Origin: an uncultured Actinomycetota bacterium
GTDB taxonomy: Bacteria > Actinomycetota > Actinomycetes > Mycobacteriales > Mycobacteriaceae
Direction of reading: 5' to 3'
Assembly: GCA_963753505.1 (NCBI GenBank)
Contig: CAVWCK010000002.1
Span: 205,659 to 269,658 of the forward strand
Length of the DNA: 64,000 nucleotides
Part shown: positions 63,792 through 64,000 of the stretch, in pieces
How the letters are laid out: every line of letters starts with the position of its first letter
How positions within the stretch are numbered: position 1 is the stretch's first letter
The notes under the pieces: model-generated
Database searches by the model: none
What the model saw: the letters and a program-made list of their open reading frames with translations, nothing else
What the model was told of the DNA's origin: nothing
Translations under genes and position numbers: made by a program

Positions 63792-64000
63792 TCAGGAGTA
63801 GATGCGCGTATGTGCGGTCAGCAGCAATCTGTCGTACACGGCACGGGCAGGTAGCACCTCATCGTAGGAAAGCTGCAGGAAGTCCCTGGCGATCTGCTCG
63901 GCCAGCGCCCGCAATTTCGTGTTGGTCTCCTGCGAGCGCCATTTGAGGAGCTCGAACGCGGCGTCGGCGTTGATCCTGTAGATGACCATGAGCATGCCCT
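63792..64000 (-). CDS. ANTAR-domain protein, C-terminal part (gene starts beyond the window)
   Basis: GMLMVIYRINADAAFELLKWRSQETNTKLRALAEQI matches the ANTAR three-helix pattern. Confidence 0.8.
   Translation of the reverse strand, partial: GMLMVIYRINADAAFELLKWRSQETNTKLRALAEQIARDFLQLSYDEVLPARAVYDRLLLTAHTRIYS

Overview
GC-rich actinobacterial chromosome segment, almost certainly from a rapidly growing Mycobacterium (Mycolicibacterium). Its gene order matches the M. tuberculosis Rv3252c-Rv3289c region as I recall it: alkB, amino-acid permease, manA, pmm, whiB2, fbiAB, GDP-mannose pyrophosphorylase, wbbL, rmlD, LCP, fadE25, purEK, gtrA-like, birA, accD5-accE5-maf-sseA-sufE-accA3, sigF-rsbW, usfY. 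Four accessory blocks sit in this backbone. (1) A FadE10-like acyl-CoA dehydrogenase / hypothetical / DUF808 unit (4117-7304). (2) A Tat-exported clan GH-A glycoside hydrolase with LGFP-type repeats (21137-22666). (3) A ~19.7 kb, locally lower-GC, Wzx/Wzy-type surface-polysaccharide island between birA and accD5 (27949-47649). It encodes a priming transferase, three GTs, Wzx, Wzy, two methyltransferases, three acyl/acetyltransferases, a YdcF protein, a secreted glycoside hydrolase, a Wzc-like co-polymerase with a degenerate kinase site, and three tandem LIP-family lipase lipoproteins, one lacking the catalytic serine. This is the best candidate for an undescribed system. (4) A SigF general-stress block with two STAS proteins, topoisomerase IB, CsbD, small proteins and several readable SigF promoters. 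Non-coding signals include a 53-bp REP-like palindrome in three copies, a shared TACT-N4-AGTA operator upstream of three acyl-CoA genes, and a strong bidirectional terminator. I saw no rRNA, tRNA, CRISPR array, transposase or integrase. Family assignments come from motif recognition and remembered synteny, not database searches. Many starts were moved from the supplied ORF track to better-supported codons.
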